Positions 13,434 through 25,730 of a DNA stretch of 33,295 nucleotides are shown here, piece by piece (position 1 is the first letter of the stretch; each line of letters begins with the position of its first letter). This DNA is from Priapulus caudatus (Eukaryota). Below the pieces are notes generated by a model. It saw only the letters and a program-made list of their open reading frames with translations, was not told the DNA's origin and ran no database searches. The position numbers and the translations under genes are program-made. The stretch spans positions 511,701 through 544,995 of the forward strand of contig NW_014577068.1 of NCBI RefSeq assembly GCF_000485595.1, in the 5' to 3' direction.

Positions 13434-14145
13434 GGTGCCTTTCCGGGTAGGCGCGTAGCCCACCAGCAGGGATGGAAGCTAAATATATTCCTGCGGGACG
13501 TATATACTGCCTGCCCTATATGCGTGCAATCGACCATCGGTCTTGGCATCGACTGCATATTGACTCGCCACCACGAGTTCTCCCCCAGGCACCCGGTTTT
13601 GTTTTGTCTTCATGAGACTGCCTCATTTGCTTGCTCCCCCGATTATTATAAACTCCGTCCGCACATATGCAACAACCGATGACTTTTTCGTGCTAGTTAC
13701 GTGTGGCCTAGGTTCTCTAGGTGGGTCGGAGGGGGGGATAATACAGGGCAGGGTGGCTGCGAGCAGAAAAAAATGGGAAAATGGGATAACATCGACATGC
13801 TTTGTCGATTGCGAGATGGTCGTTAGTTGAATGGTGGTGTTAGCAGGTGAAGCCATGTGATTTCGGATGTGTTGGTGCGGTGCAGAAGTGCAACGATGAT
13901 TGTCACACGAGGGTACCTTTTACAAACAGATTCCATCCACGTTTATCGCAGCATGGGCTCGGCCTCAAATAATGGGAAATTAGTGTGTTTGTTGGACTTA
14001 TTTTACTACAATGCGGCGTGGCAAAAAGCTTGACATTTCGGATTGACATTCTGAGTGGAAATTTTCCCAGTGAGAACATGGCCTAGATTTGATGTTGCTG
14101 TTTGAAAAGGACCTTGTAATACTGACTATATTATTATCTCGCAAT

Positions 14146-14554
14146 CTCCCTCCCCTCCCTCTCCCTCTCCCTCTCTCCCTCTCCCTCTCCCTCTCACCTC
14201 TCCCTCCTCCACTTCTCCCTCTCCCTCTCCTCTCCTCTCCCTCTCCCTCTCCTATCCCATTCCTCTCACCTCCCCTCTCTTCTCCCTCTCTTCCCTCTCT
14301 CTCTCTCATCTCTCATCTCTCTCTCTGTCTCTCTCGCTCGCCAGTCGCTCTCTCGCTCTCTTTCTCTCTCTCTCTCTCTCTCCTCTCTTTCTCTCCTACT
14401 CTGCTCTCTCTCTCTCAGCTGCTCTCTCTCATCTACTTTCTTCTCTCTCTCCTCTCTTTCTCTTCTCGTCTTTCTCTCTCTCCTCGTCTCTTCTCATCTT
14501 TTCTCTCTTTCTCTCTTTCTCTTTTCTCTCTTTCGCCTTTCTGCTCTCTCGCTC

Positions 14555-14619
<65 letters not shown>

Positions 14620-15042
14620 CTCCATCTATTCTTATCTCTCTCGCTTTCTCTCACTGTCGCTCTCTCAGCGTGCTGTCTCTCGCCGCGGCGCTGTACTCTG
14701 TCTCTCCGTCTCTCTCTCTTTCTCTCTCTCTCATCTACTCTCTGCTCTCTCTCTGCGTCGCCTCTCTCTACTCCTCTGGCCTCTCTAATCTTCTCCTTCG
14801 CTCTCTCTCCCTGGGCGCGCGCTCTCTCTCATCGTCTCTCTCTCCCTCTCCTCATCCTTATCTCCCTCTCCCTCTACCTCGTCCTCTCCCTCTCCTCTCC
14901 CTCTTCCCTCTCTCCCCTTCTCTCCTCTTCTCCTCTCTCTCTCCTCTGTCCTCTCTGCCTCTCTCCCCTCTCTCCCTCTCTCGCCTCTCTCCCTCTCGTC
15001 CCTCTCACTCTCTCTCTCTCTCTCTGCTCTCTTCCCTCTCTC

Positions 15043-15087
<45 letters not shown>

Positions 15088-15440
15088 TAATTTTGTCTCT
15101 GTCTTTCTCTCTTTCTCTCTTTCTGCTCTCTCTGCTTCTCTTTCTCTCTCTCTCTCATCTCTCTTGCTCTCTACTCTCTCTCTCTCCCTTCTCCCTCTCT
15201 CTCCTGCATCTCCCTCTCTCTTCTCTCCTTCTCTCCCTCTCTTCCCTTCTGCTACCTCTCTCCCTCTCTCTCCTCTCTCCCTTCTCTCCCTCTCTCCCTT
15301 TTCCTCCCTCTCTCTCTCTCTCTTCTCTCTCGGCTTCTCTCTCTCTCTCTCTCTCTCTCTTCTCAGCGCGAGGTCATTCTATTACTTCCCGTGTGTGTGG
15401 TGCTCTCTATCTCTGCTCTCTATCTCTCTCCCTTCTCTTC
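14146..15440. repeat. ~1.3-kb imperfect (CT)n polypyrimidine tract
   Basis: Almost entirely C/T on + strand; source of the Leu/Ser and Arg/Glu ORFs. Confidence 0.95.
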
Positions 15441-15488
15441 ATATATATTTATATATGTATGCATATATATATATATATATATATTATA
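15441..15488. repeat. (TA)n microsatellite
   Basis: Direct reading, just upstream of the splice acceptor. Confidence 0.85.
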
Positions 15489-15533
15489 ATGATCATGATG
15501 TATACATGTATATTTGCAGATCTAGAAGTAGCC

Positions 15534-15699
15534 ATGAATTCGCCTAAGCCAGATTCGCCCGACCCAGACTCCATCAAGATGTTTGTCGGTCAGATTCCTC
15601 GCACAATGGACGAGAAGGACCTTAAGCAACTGTTCGAAGAGTACGGACCTGTGTTTCAGCTCAACGTGCTTCGCGATAAGACGACCAATCAGAGCAAAG
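15534..15699 (+). CDS. CELF1/2: CELF1/2-type (CUGBP Elav-like / Bruno) RNA-binding protein, coding exon with N-terminal half of RRM1 (exon probably 15520-15699)
   Basis: Translates [55 protein letters not shown](G), containing RNP2 MFVGQI and the CELF signature [16 protein letters not shown] start context, acceptor TTTGCAG ending 15519, phase-1 donor AG|GTAAGT at 15700. Confidence 0.95.
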
Positions 15700-17196
15700 G
15701 TAAGTTCAGACTCGCCGAGCGAGAAAAAAAAACAGGTTGCGTGAATTCTACATAAATCTCTCGGGAAAACCTGTTGAAACATCGTGCGTGAAGAAATAGT
15801 GCTGTGCCATTTTAAAAATAACTGATCTCCAGCGTGTGTTGGTGTTTTTTTCGACTGCAGCTAACTGCAATGGTTGTCGGGGGATCTTTCAGCGCACAAA
15901 CGCATTTAGAATCTAGTTCGTGTGTGAAACGAACCAGTCACCAGTCCTGGTATAGATGAAAATAGGCTGGTGTATATTTGAAATAGCACAACTACAGCAT
16001 TTAGCCAGTTAACTCGAATACTGCTCAAAAGTGACTAATGTTACTATAATGATGTCTAGCTATATTTTTCATTGCACGTTTAAAATTGCGCTTCAGTGCA
16101 AAACACGTATTTTCATTTTTGCGTTTATGCCACGTTTATAATTTCAGGGGACCGTGTACACATTTAATCTGGCCGCCGGGGAACGGAAAGCGGATAATTC
16201 CTAGTAGACTGTAGAATCTGGTCACAAATTGGCATTGGTTGGCTGGAGTTTTAATCAGCAGTCAAGCTGGTATTTTCCTTGTATTGTGTTCAACTAACTG
16301 ATCGGGCTGGATTAATTTGGATATTAAATTTAATTCTGCATATATAATTACCATATTTCTGAAACAAAAATGAAGTCATCCAGGGATGAGAAAATGTTGG
16401 TGGCTCATTACCGCTATTATCGATACTTCTACACAGCATCTCACAATACCTTGTAAATAACTATTGAAAAACTCGATCTCAACATCCTCCTTTAAAGTCA
16501 GTATCTCGAATATTTTCCCGGATGTTATCACATTTTCCCAACAGTTGCAATAATCAGCAGTATTCCTTGCATAACAGCAAAATGTCTACAGTAAGCATAA
16601 CAACTGTCTTAGAACATTCGTACATTGTTACTCTAAGTATAACTAGTATTATGCAATACTATGTGCAATACAATGCAATACTAGTGTATATATGCAATGT
16701 TTGAAATCTCCTTGTTGGTTTCTTGTTGATGTCATGTGATTCTCACATCGTGCGAGAAAAGCTTTTCCAAAACTGGTACGCTGTCTCTACACTTTGATAT
16801 TGGCAATTGATTGAAGTAAGAGAGACGGGGTACTAGTCTAGAACCACTTACATCACAGAGTCAGATGAACTTTTGTATGAATTAGATACAGTTTACACTG
16901 TGGTGCCATTTACAAATCAATTGTTGTGACATTCACAAATGCGGCTGTGTTATAACAATACAAATCCCTTGTAATGGTCAAATCTTGGTAATGAGTAGCG
17001 TAGCCGTGAGTAGGATAAACTATAGTTTACTATATATTTTTATTTTTGTGTGTAACCGTGTTTATGAGAAATAATCCCTTTAACCACGTATCAATGTCAA
17101 ACTCGAGTTAAGTTACGTACAACGCAGTTATGAGCTGATTTATGGACATACACTTGGCACAAGTAGGGGAATAATATGTACGTTACAGAAGAGAAC

Positions 17197-17247
<51 letters not shown>
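17197..17247. repeat. (AAT)17 microsatellite
   Basis: Perfect trinucleotide run. Confidence 0.95.
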
Positions 17248-17248
<1 letters not shown>

Positions 17249-17817
17249 GTGATCTCTAACATAATTAAAAGCTGTAAAAATGCTTGCTAACTCTACCAAT
17301 TAGCAGGCAAAGCAGATAAGCAGGCAAAGAAGCAACTAATCCTTCTATATTTTACTAATACCTCCTGTACAGTGCGCACTTAAATACTGTAATACTAACC
17401 AGCGATTCAGCTATGGTGCTTTCCTGTTCATTTGCTTTTTTGCTGCCTTTGGTTCGCGAACAGCTTTTTACTTTTGTATTCATTCATTTCTCTTCTCTCG
17501 TGCTGCTCCCATTTCTATACCCATGCGCCCGCATTTTAAAGCCACATTTTTTAATGGACGATTCATGGAAATAAATGATTGTGAATAGATGATTTTCGTC
17601 ACTATCACATCATATCAAGCTAAAACCAGAGCGAAATCAATTGAATGGATCGAGAAATTCGTCATTTATTTCTGCTAAGTCACGTGATAAATCAGATAAT
17701 GATGGTAATTTTTATCGATCAAGACATGAATGGAAGACAAATGAATGAATCTCGTGCTATTCCTGCACCGCTCATTATGGCACTAATTTGTTTGTTCCGC
17801 CTCTAGGTAGAGATCAT

Positions 17818-17877
17818 CAAGAGCTAATAAATACCTAAGGTGTATATAAATAATAATAAGGTGTTTATTAGCTCTTG
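17818..17877. mobile_element. 60-bp mini inverted-repeat element (TIR CAAGAGCTAATAAAYACCT)
   Basis: CAAGAGCTAATAAATACCT...AGGTGTTTATTAGCTCTTG; the same terminus bounds the composite repeats at 31406, ~23292 and ~23824. Confidence 0.65.
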
Positions 17878-18128
17878 GTATCATGCTATTGAGTTGCACT
17901 CCATCAGCCTACGGTAGATTTATGACTGACTGACTATATTCACGTGTGATTGAACCTGCTGCTGTTACACAGAGTGGGCGCATGATGTGTGCTGGCAATC
18001 GCGCCTTGCGTGTTTATCGCTCTAGATATTGTGTTCGTTCAAATCCGTTTTTTCTGAGGCTTTTTTTATGATTATTCTATTTGATAGTTATGCTTTCGAT
18101 TTTTTCTCACTTGCATACCACCTTACCA

Positions 18129-18385
18129 CGTCTGTCTTCCACACTGCTGCTCTCCCTCTTCTCCTTACTACCTACCTCCCTCTTCATCTCTCCCTTCCCT
18201 AACTCCCTTCATTCCCTTCCCTAGCTCTCTTCCTTCTAACTCTGCCCTCTCCCCTGTTTCTTACTCGCCATACCATTCATGCTTCTTCTTCTATTCCTCC
18301 TTCATACCCTCCTCACTCTTCCTTCCCTCTCTCCCTCCCTCTTTCCCTCTATCTCTCCCTTCCCCCTACTCTCTCTAGCTGCCCC
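18129..18385. repeat. Low-complexity C/T-rich tract
   Basis: Direct reading. Confidence 0.75.
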
Positions 18386-21300
18386 ACTGCCATTCTACTT
18401 CAGCTCCTTGATGTTTGGCTCCTCACTGTTTCCTGTTCTTGCATTATGTACTTATCTTGCTTTCATAAAAAACTATGAACTCGTTTATAGTCTACTAAGT
18501 CCTTCTATATAGTCTGGTAACTCCCAGTTTAACTTTTTTAAATATCTACACGGTTGTGTGCGTGCGTGCATGCGTGCTAGCGACAACAGTAAGTGACTTC
18601 GAAATGTTGGCAGATTTTTTCATCGCGTGCTTGAATTCTTTCATCAAGAACAAAAAAATAGAAAGCATTGATAGTATAGTCTGACAAAAAAACAGATGAT
18701 TGGTTGTTCAGTTGTTTGTTTTTCGCGTATTTGATTGGTTCGTTCGTTTGTTAGTAAAGAAATGACTAAGTTACTTAGGTATATATAGCTTCCAAGTCAT
18801 AACAATTAACATGGTTGCTGCCAGGACCTCTGCTAATTAATTATAAAACCCTTTCACCCATGATATTGTAGTTCCTTGAATGAAATCGTTTATGAATCGT
18901 ATATTGCTAGTCTGGGATTTTATATTCGCCTGCAATTAAAAATTAACCAAATTCCTGCTGCAGATCTTTGTATACCTTCATTTATTGTGTTTTGCATCAG
19001 TTTCATTTGAAACCCGGCATTTAACTTTGTTTATACATTGACGCATTTCACAGTGACGCAAAGGTGATTTCTACATGCACAAGGGAAAGTGGAGCATGTA
19101 CGAGTATTTTATTTACCCAGTCAGTACTGATACGGGTGCTCGCGTGTACTTTTACTTCTGGGTTAATGAGCTGAACAGTTGAGATAAGATATCTCGAAAA
19201 ACGAAAGTGGGACGATTCTCAGGACACACGCTGGGTAACTTGAAATAGTTATACTAAGCGCAAGACTTACACAGTATCACATATTGTGTGTAATGGTCTA
19301 CACCCACTTATATTTTTCTGTATTTATCGTAAAAACATTAGTTTCTGGCTAATTGAGTGGAAATCGGTTTTGGTTGGTTATTTGTCCCGCGGGGTGTTGC
19401 TTAACCAAACACACAGTAGACAATTTTGTTGTAATATATGTCAGAAACATCAATTTTAACTATAATTAGTTGTGTGCGTTAGGCCAACAACATGAAACAT
19501 ATTCTCCTAACAATTTTCATTGAGGTATGTCACGGAACACGTATATATATACAAAACAGTCATGTCAAGGTCTGGAGTCAGCTTAGCCGTACAGCAGTCC
19601 AAGACGAAAACCGTTGTACCTCACTCATTGCGTTTCAATCAGCGTGCACCTTGGGGTCACGTAAGTCTCAAATTGTGCAAGAGGTAAAATGTTTGCTGTG
19701 TGCACTGAACGAAGACAGAAACTGGCAAATAATTATTCTGTCGTATTTCAACAAACACCCGCGTTGAACGTAACAAAAACAAAGCCAAATGTAACTATTG
19801 TATCACGACAAAAGTCTGCTGTGCACAATGGGCTTCTTGTGCAAGGCAGTTATCATGAAAATATCTTGTGCTAGTGGTTAGGTCGTTTTGCAGGGATTGA
19901 TGAATTGCTTGACTAAAAGCAACCGATAATAGATTCTGAATTTGCAAACGGTTGCAACAAGGAAATTTATTCAGAAAGCTGTCAAACGATTGTAAAACTC
20001 GCGCATGCATATACACGCATTCAAAATTATCCAAATCTCATTTTGATGATTTGCAAGCAGCAGCTAAATATCTCAGATACTGCAAATGGCTGCAGTAGCT
20101 TAACCAAGCTGTGCAGTCAGCAATCACATATATGCTGAATGCACAGCATTCACCTGGTTGTGGTTGTAGTAATCACTCATCACGCTAAAAAGGCTGCAGA
20201 CCTGTATGAAATATGAAATTATTATTCATGAAAATCACAATCTCTTGTGAAAGGTGTATCGTTAAAATATTTTCCACACGAAATATTCACACTGTAAATA
20301 ATGTGCACACACTAGCAGTTAGTTGAGGCACTGATTAAGTAACAAGTTAAAAACGGTAGGATATGATATTTTATGTCATAATGTTTAAAATTTAATTCAC
20401 TTATTACTAGAAGAATGTAATGGATATTATAATGTAATGTAATGCTAATATATATATAAGTAAGCATATAATTTTTTTTTGCTTATTTGAAACTTTGTTG
20501 AAATTTAATTCGTGCATTCACTCATTCATTGTTGCAAGTTAAAGTAAGTTTGATATTTTTTTAAACTGACTACCACCTGTTTTGCTATTCTAAGGCATTA
20601 TGTCTTCAAGAATGCTAGGATACCATATAACATGCCCAACTAATAAAATACAAGGTCTAGATAAGAAAACTTCAGGATTTAAAACAATTAAATATTCACT
20701 GACATTTCATGTAGGACTCTCTGATTTTTCTATCTGAACTTTTCTATCATGCCTACTTCAGCATATAATTGAACATATGGTCGGTTTAAATTTTAATTGC
20801 AGGTCTTTGCAAAATTGATTGTCATTGTTTTGTGGGGAAAATTGCTGTTAACATAGGTTGAGTTACCTGCTGGCTAGAGTACTTAGACACAGTTACAGCC
20901 GATTTAGATTTTAAGTCGGGGACCTCTCATGCACGTCTATAAAATGGCTTTAACTGCAGATTTACGATGCCTGACTATAACATTAAACTTTTCAGATCAA
21001 TTTTTCGTTGGTTATGTTCACAATTTTTACAAGCTTGCCTAATATATGTAGCAAATGTTGTTTATCATTGCAATTATGAGTTACCGTGGTTAGTAATGTA
21101 CTTTGCTGACTGTTTTGGATATATCTACCTCAGTAATTATACCTATGATGTAGCATGAGTAAATCTCATGGTTCTCTTTTAATGTAAAAGATGTATTACT
21201 ACTACCCAATGTCAGTAATTCTATATGAATTACACAACCTCTGTCTGCCAATAAAAATTTTAATTTTAGCACATTGCATTCCACATGAACTACTTTAAAA

Positions 21301-21531
21301 TAATAATTGTTCAAATTGAAATACATCCAACGATTATTAATACTTTGTGGTATAATTATTCTTATATTCTCACCTATTAGTGGATGCTACTAATTACATG
21401 CACTTGAAAATTACCAAAAATTTGTTATAGTATAACAAATTAATGACACCACAGAGACACAAGTGCATCTAATTTTAGCAAGATATAAGTAAAAAAGATG
21501 TTAAAGTAATATTTACAGGGAACCTGTCTAA

Positions 21532-22332
21532 AGCTAGGTTCACACTGGCGATTTTTGTCGTACAATCGAGAAATTTACGCGATTTTCAGAGATTTTTCAA
21601 TTTCCCAACTCAAAATCGCTAGTGTGAACAGAAAAGTTGATGTTAAGAAGTTGGAAAATTGATTTCACTTTGTCATGAAATCGTAGAAGCGCTGCGTGCT
21701 GATTGACCAGTTCCTACATGTAAAAATAGTTTTGCGTCATCTCTGTCGCGGCAGCACATGATACAGAAAATGGCACCGCAAGTCGCTCAGCAGGAGGTAG
21801 TGCCAGTCTCAGACGTGTATCATGTTTTCTTATAAAATGCTCGATTTTTAACATTATGGCATCAAATTGAGCCTTATTCATCCGGGAAAAATTTCTATAG
21901 CTCCGTTCGTCCTCGTTCATAATTTCTGGGAGTAAATGACTGAATGGCCCGCATTCATCACGCCTGGCTATATCCACGGCCTTGTCTAAGCTGTCCTCTT
22001 TTCCCTTCTTTTTCTCTTTTTTTTTTTTTATAATACAGGCTATAATAAGGATTATCAGGGATAATGCCTCTTCTTCATCCATACTGCTTAGAACTGTTTT
22101 AGAACTGTTACTGGTTTGTCTACAGCATATCAGATGGCCATGACCTCATAATTGACCTCTAAACTATTAATAGTCTGGTTTATCACCAACTTTCAAAGAC
22201 AAAAGTCTATAGTGTGAAGAGATATTACTGAAAGATTTCTTGATAAGAAATTGAAAATTTTTACAGAAGATTTTGAAAGATTTTACTTCTAAGATTTTCA
22301 AAGACAAAAAATTGCCAGTGTGAACCCTAGCT
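21532..22332 (-). mobile_element. Internally deleted PIF/Harbinger DNA transposon
   Basis: TIRs AGCTAGGTTCACACTGGCGATTTTTGTC / GACAAAAAATTGCCAGTGTGAACCCTAGCT; TAA target duplication at 21529-21531 and 22333-22335; subterminal AGTGTGAA repeats; contains a transposase fragment. Confidence 0.92.
21714..22082 (-). pseudogene. Harbinger (HARBI1/ALP1-like) transposase N-terminal fragment
   Basis: RRDECGPFSHLLPEIMNEDERSYRNFSRMNKAQFDAIMLKIEHFIRKHDTRLRLALPPAERLAV matches the family pattern (ED..SY.NF.RM...F..L...I...I.K.DT..R..I.P.ERLAVTLR). The expected W.RPW motif lies in another frame with stops, and the DDE domain is absent. Confidence 0.85.
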
Positions 22333-22425
22333 TAAACCTGTTCCTGATGTCAATCTTGCGAAATTCTCAGTTGCGAGAATCATGTGACATCTTCAAAGCT
22401 CGTGGTTCCAATAGTTGCATATATA

Positions 22426-22476
22426 TTTACCTCCGCCAGGGGCTTGGCGGAGGTTATGTTTTCACCGGCGTGTGTT
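22426..22476 (+). mobile_element. 5' end of a HINE/Helentron-type element
   Basis: TTTACCTCCGCCAGGGGCTTGGCGGAGGTTATGTTTTCACC..GTGTGTTT: subTIR and hairpin followed by the start of a microsatellite, then interrupted. Confidence 0.65.
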
Positions 22477-23292
22477 TAGCTCGTCTGAAGCGCCCTGAAC
22501 CACCTGCTAAGAGCAAATAACTTTTAGCTTCGGGCTAAGTATTTTTCGACCTTTTATACTGGGGTTATCGTCGCTTCTAGGTCCAGACCTGAAGGCGGGA
22601 TAACCCCATATAGGGATGACCCTTTTATAGCCTGCGACACGACTTTAGAGCGCCGCTTCAGAAGGCCGGGCTAAAGTCGTGCGAGTATATAAACGGGTAT
22701 AAATAAGGACTAAGCCCGCTTTCTCTACGATACTCCCTGAGGCCGAGATATTGGAGCGTATAGATCATGCTCCCACAGGCCCCACGCTGCCCATCGCATC
22801 CACAATATTCACTATCCTCTCGCTTTGGGTCGCCTATCGTTGTTCCGTCGCCGCTCTGGAGCGCATGAAATTGATGTCATCAGGGCATTAGCCGCTGCTA
22901 GGAGAAGAATAATGGGAGATGCACAGGGCATAAGGCGATGCCCCTGAATAGTCACCGATGAAACCGATGAAACGGACCGTTCATCGTCATAAGTTAGTCC
23001 GGCGGAAAAACCAGAACTCTCGACGAAGCGATGCTTTTCTAACGCGCAAAAGCGCGAAAGGATATGAATATTGTGGATGCCAAAGCGCCGTGAGGGCCTG
23101 GGGAGGCGAGAGCTTTAACGAGCCAATATCTCAGCCTAGGAGTATCGTATATGACAAGCGGCTGGTTCTTGTTTTAGAGATCAAAGAATCTCGAACTGTG
23201 CAAGCAAAGTAAATAAATATGCGGGAAATAGCAACTATGCTCCGTGCGTTTTTCCCGTGTGTATATCACTCTAGGTGTCTTATTAGCTCTGA
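22476..23292 (-). mobile_element. Composite nested MITE repeat, noisy reverse-complement of 31406-32168
   Basis: Same three modules in reverse order; long-TIR module at ~22700-23176. Confidence 0.85.
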
Positions 23293-23324
23293 TTAAATGC
23301 AATTTGGTGGCACACGCATCGAGC

Positions 23325-23519
23325 TTGGTGCACGTGCGGTGCACTAAGTAGCTGTATTGTGCTTTGGTGCACAGTGCGTGCACGCGTATCGCTGTCTTTG
23401 GTGCACGTGCGTGCACAGCGTATCGTGGCTTTGGTGTCACGGCGTGCACGCGTATCGTGAATTTGTGCAAGCGGGTGCGTGCACGTGTATCGTGCTTTGT
23501 GGCACGTGCGTGCACGCAT
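23325..23519 (-). repeat. 31-bp satellite (GTGCGTGCACGCGTATCGTGCTTTGGTGCAC), runs into gap
   Basis: Reverse complement of the array at 32826-33126. Confidence 0.85.
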
Positions 23520-23544
23520 NNNNNNNNNNNNNNNNNNNNNNNNN
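23520..23544. other. Assembly gap (25 N)
   Basis: Direct reading. Confidence 1.
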
Positions 23545-25057
23545 GGAAACAAACCGAACCTCACGAAGCGGACTTTTCTAACCCGCAAAAAGGCGAGAAG
23601 GTGAGTGTAATATATTGGGGTGGGAGTGCAGGAAGCGCCGTGAGGTTTGGTGGTGAGGCGAAGGTTACGAGCCAAATCTAGCCTAGGGATATCGGATTGA
23701 CAACGGCTGGTCTTGTTTTAGAGAGCAAGAATTCTAGGCTCGCAAGCCAAGAGGAATATATCTGCCGGGAAACTAGGCACTATCTCCGTTGTTCCGTTGT
23801 ACACTCTAGGTGTTATTAGTCTTGCATACAATCAATATCTATATCAACAATAACAATTATATAATGATAATTCGTACAACCAATTGTAACGTCTTATTGA
23901 GGCAGACTTACTGCTTATGAACTTAAGTAAAGCTCGCTTTGAGCTGAGCTTTTCACGTCACTTTTTTCAAATCTGCAGTTTCTCACAGGAATTCAATGAA
24001 TCGAGTTGAGTGTGTATGTAGATGGCTTCTCAATGCACAGACGAGATACAGGACTTATCTAGCTCTTCACCATTTGCCCTCCCCCCAGGAATAACTTAGA
24101 TGAAAGAATTACTGGCCAATGTGTTGCGTAATAGATTTAATACTTTTACGATTTTTATATTGTGGAGGCCACGAGATTAAACTCGATTAAAACAGTTCAT
24201 TTGCCTCAGTCAGCTCTTTTAGTTAGGATTAACGTCAGTTAGAATGCCAAGGCCACTTGAGCCCACAGCTTCATGGTTTAGAAATACACGCACGCCACCA
24301 CACAGCACGCGGCACACACACACACAGAGGCACACACTTTGCACGCACACACACACGCACACGCAGACTTCTGGTCACCTGAGGAACCAGCCGTGTTGGC
24401 TATTTGCGTGCACACAAAAAATAAAGAAAAAACCCTCTGCCCACCAGCTCCCCCCCCATGACTCCAAGCGTACATCGCCATTGATGAAACGCTTCCACAC
24501 GTTCATTCTGTGTAAAGCGTTTTTTACACTACGCGGCCCGATTCTTCATCTCGAACAAAAAGTAGCGGTATGTGTAATCGGCTTCAGGCCTTGGCGCAGA
24601 TGCAGCCTGCAGCTGCCAACGAGGCGACCTTTTCTTCTTCGCAAGTTCAAGAGTTTTTTGTTTCGCGGCATCTCGGCGACGTGCGCCGGATGGATTCAGG
24701 CTTCTTACACTTCGGCAGCGAGAGAGAGACAGCCATCCGCCTCGGCCTCGCCTCGCTGCTCGCCTCGCTTGGTACAGTCATTTTTAGCTATCCTGCCAGT
24801 TCTGCTCTCTCAATCCGAGCCACTCGGTGGCCACTTCCTGCTGCCTTAGCTGCCATTTCCTTCTCATCGACCATTCACAGTTATGGCTTACGACACCACC
24901 ACATTGCAATGTTTTCGTTCGTTCATTCGACCATCAGTTCAGTAGCACCTTGGCCCTATCCTTCCTCATGTCTGTTCCGTGACTTTCTATTGCCGCTACC
25001 TGGCGTAGTTTTTTTCCAAAGCCTATTCATTCTGGTGATAAGGTTGATGGTACTTAC

Positions 25058-25149
25058 CCCTGCATTGTTGTTCTATCGTCTGGTTGTAAGGCATTTTCTG
25101 CTGATCCAGTGCGGGCCTTCGTGTGTAGAAATGCTGACAAAACAGCAAC
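25058..25149 (-). pseudogene. Antisense, frameshifted copy of the CELF 83-nt exon (92 nt)
   Basis: Minus strand reads TTGTTTCAG|GTTGCTGTTTTGTCAGCATTTCTACACACGAAGGCCCGCACTGG...ATGCAGGG|GTAAGT; splice sites intact, body broken by small indels. May be an assembly artefact rather than a true pseudo-exon. Confidence 0.8.
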
Positions 25150-25499
25150 CTGAAACAAGACAACACAATATATCATCAGGAGTGAATGATGGAGTGTCAC
25201 AGGCTATATGAAGTAACCACATTTAAGGGGTTATCTGGTCAGCAACGAGGACGTTAAACGATGATATAGTAAGTGGTGGTTGATATCAAATTGGCTGTCA
25301 CAGCAGCAGCGTATTTAGTGGCCAACTGACAAAGAGCAGGTAACAGACACGCATCCAGCGACAGTGACATTTACTAAACGATTATCTATATGTTTCTCAA
25401 CTGCTTCTGTATAGTTACTGGTATTGCTTTGCTGAACAGCAAGTAGTCTACAGTAGGGCCTAACATGTCTATAGAACACTCGCAGGTTGTTAATATAAA

Positions 25500-25730
25500 C
25501 ACTTAGAGCACTCGGAGAGCACAGGACCTCCGCCAGGGACAGCTGTAATTCTCTCAATGTGAAACTTTTTTATTAACTTAATTTAAGTGGAAAAAATAAT
25601 TTGAATGGGATCGGCTTCACCGACCAAAATGTATATCAATTCTTAAGTTACCCCATTTCTCTGACCTATCTGGAATTTTTATTAATTAATTAATTAGTAA
25701 ATGTAATTAGATTAATTAATTCATTAATTT
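25500..25730 (-). mobile_element. HINE-type core and 3' end (inverted duplicate)
   Basis: Reverse complement of 29560-29859 but with a single core unit. Confidence 0.6.

Larger units (their letters stand above)
8149..14099 (+). repeat. ~6-kb direct tandem duplication, copy 2
   Basis: Junction GATGT-TGCT-AAAAACTAGG at 8149-8152; ends GATGTTGCT at 14099, then unique sequence. Confidence 0.95.

Noticed and set aside
15374..15379. Initiator-like TCATTC upstream of the CELF exon
   Set aside because: A 6-mer match expected by chance; no supporting promoter evidence.
14089..15547. Long Leu/Ser-rich ORFs (333 aa, 361 aa) and Arg/Glu-rich antisense ORFs
   Set aside because: Translations of (CT)n; only the part of 14670..15755 from 15520 to 15699 is real exon.
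24244..25211. 201-aa and 213-aa ORFs
   Set aside because: They lie in the noisy inverted duplicate, include microsatellite, are not preserved in the other copy, and have no recognisable domain.
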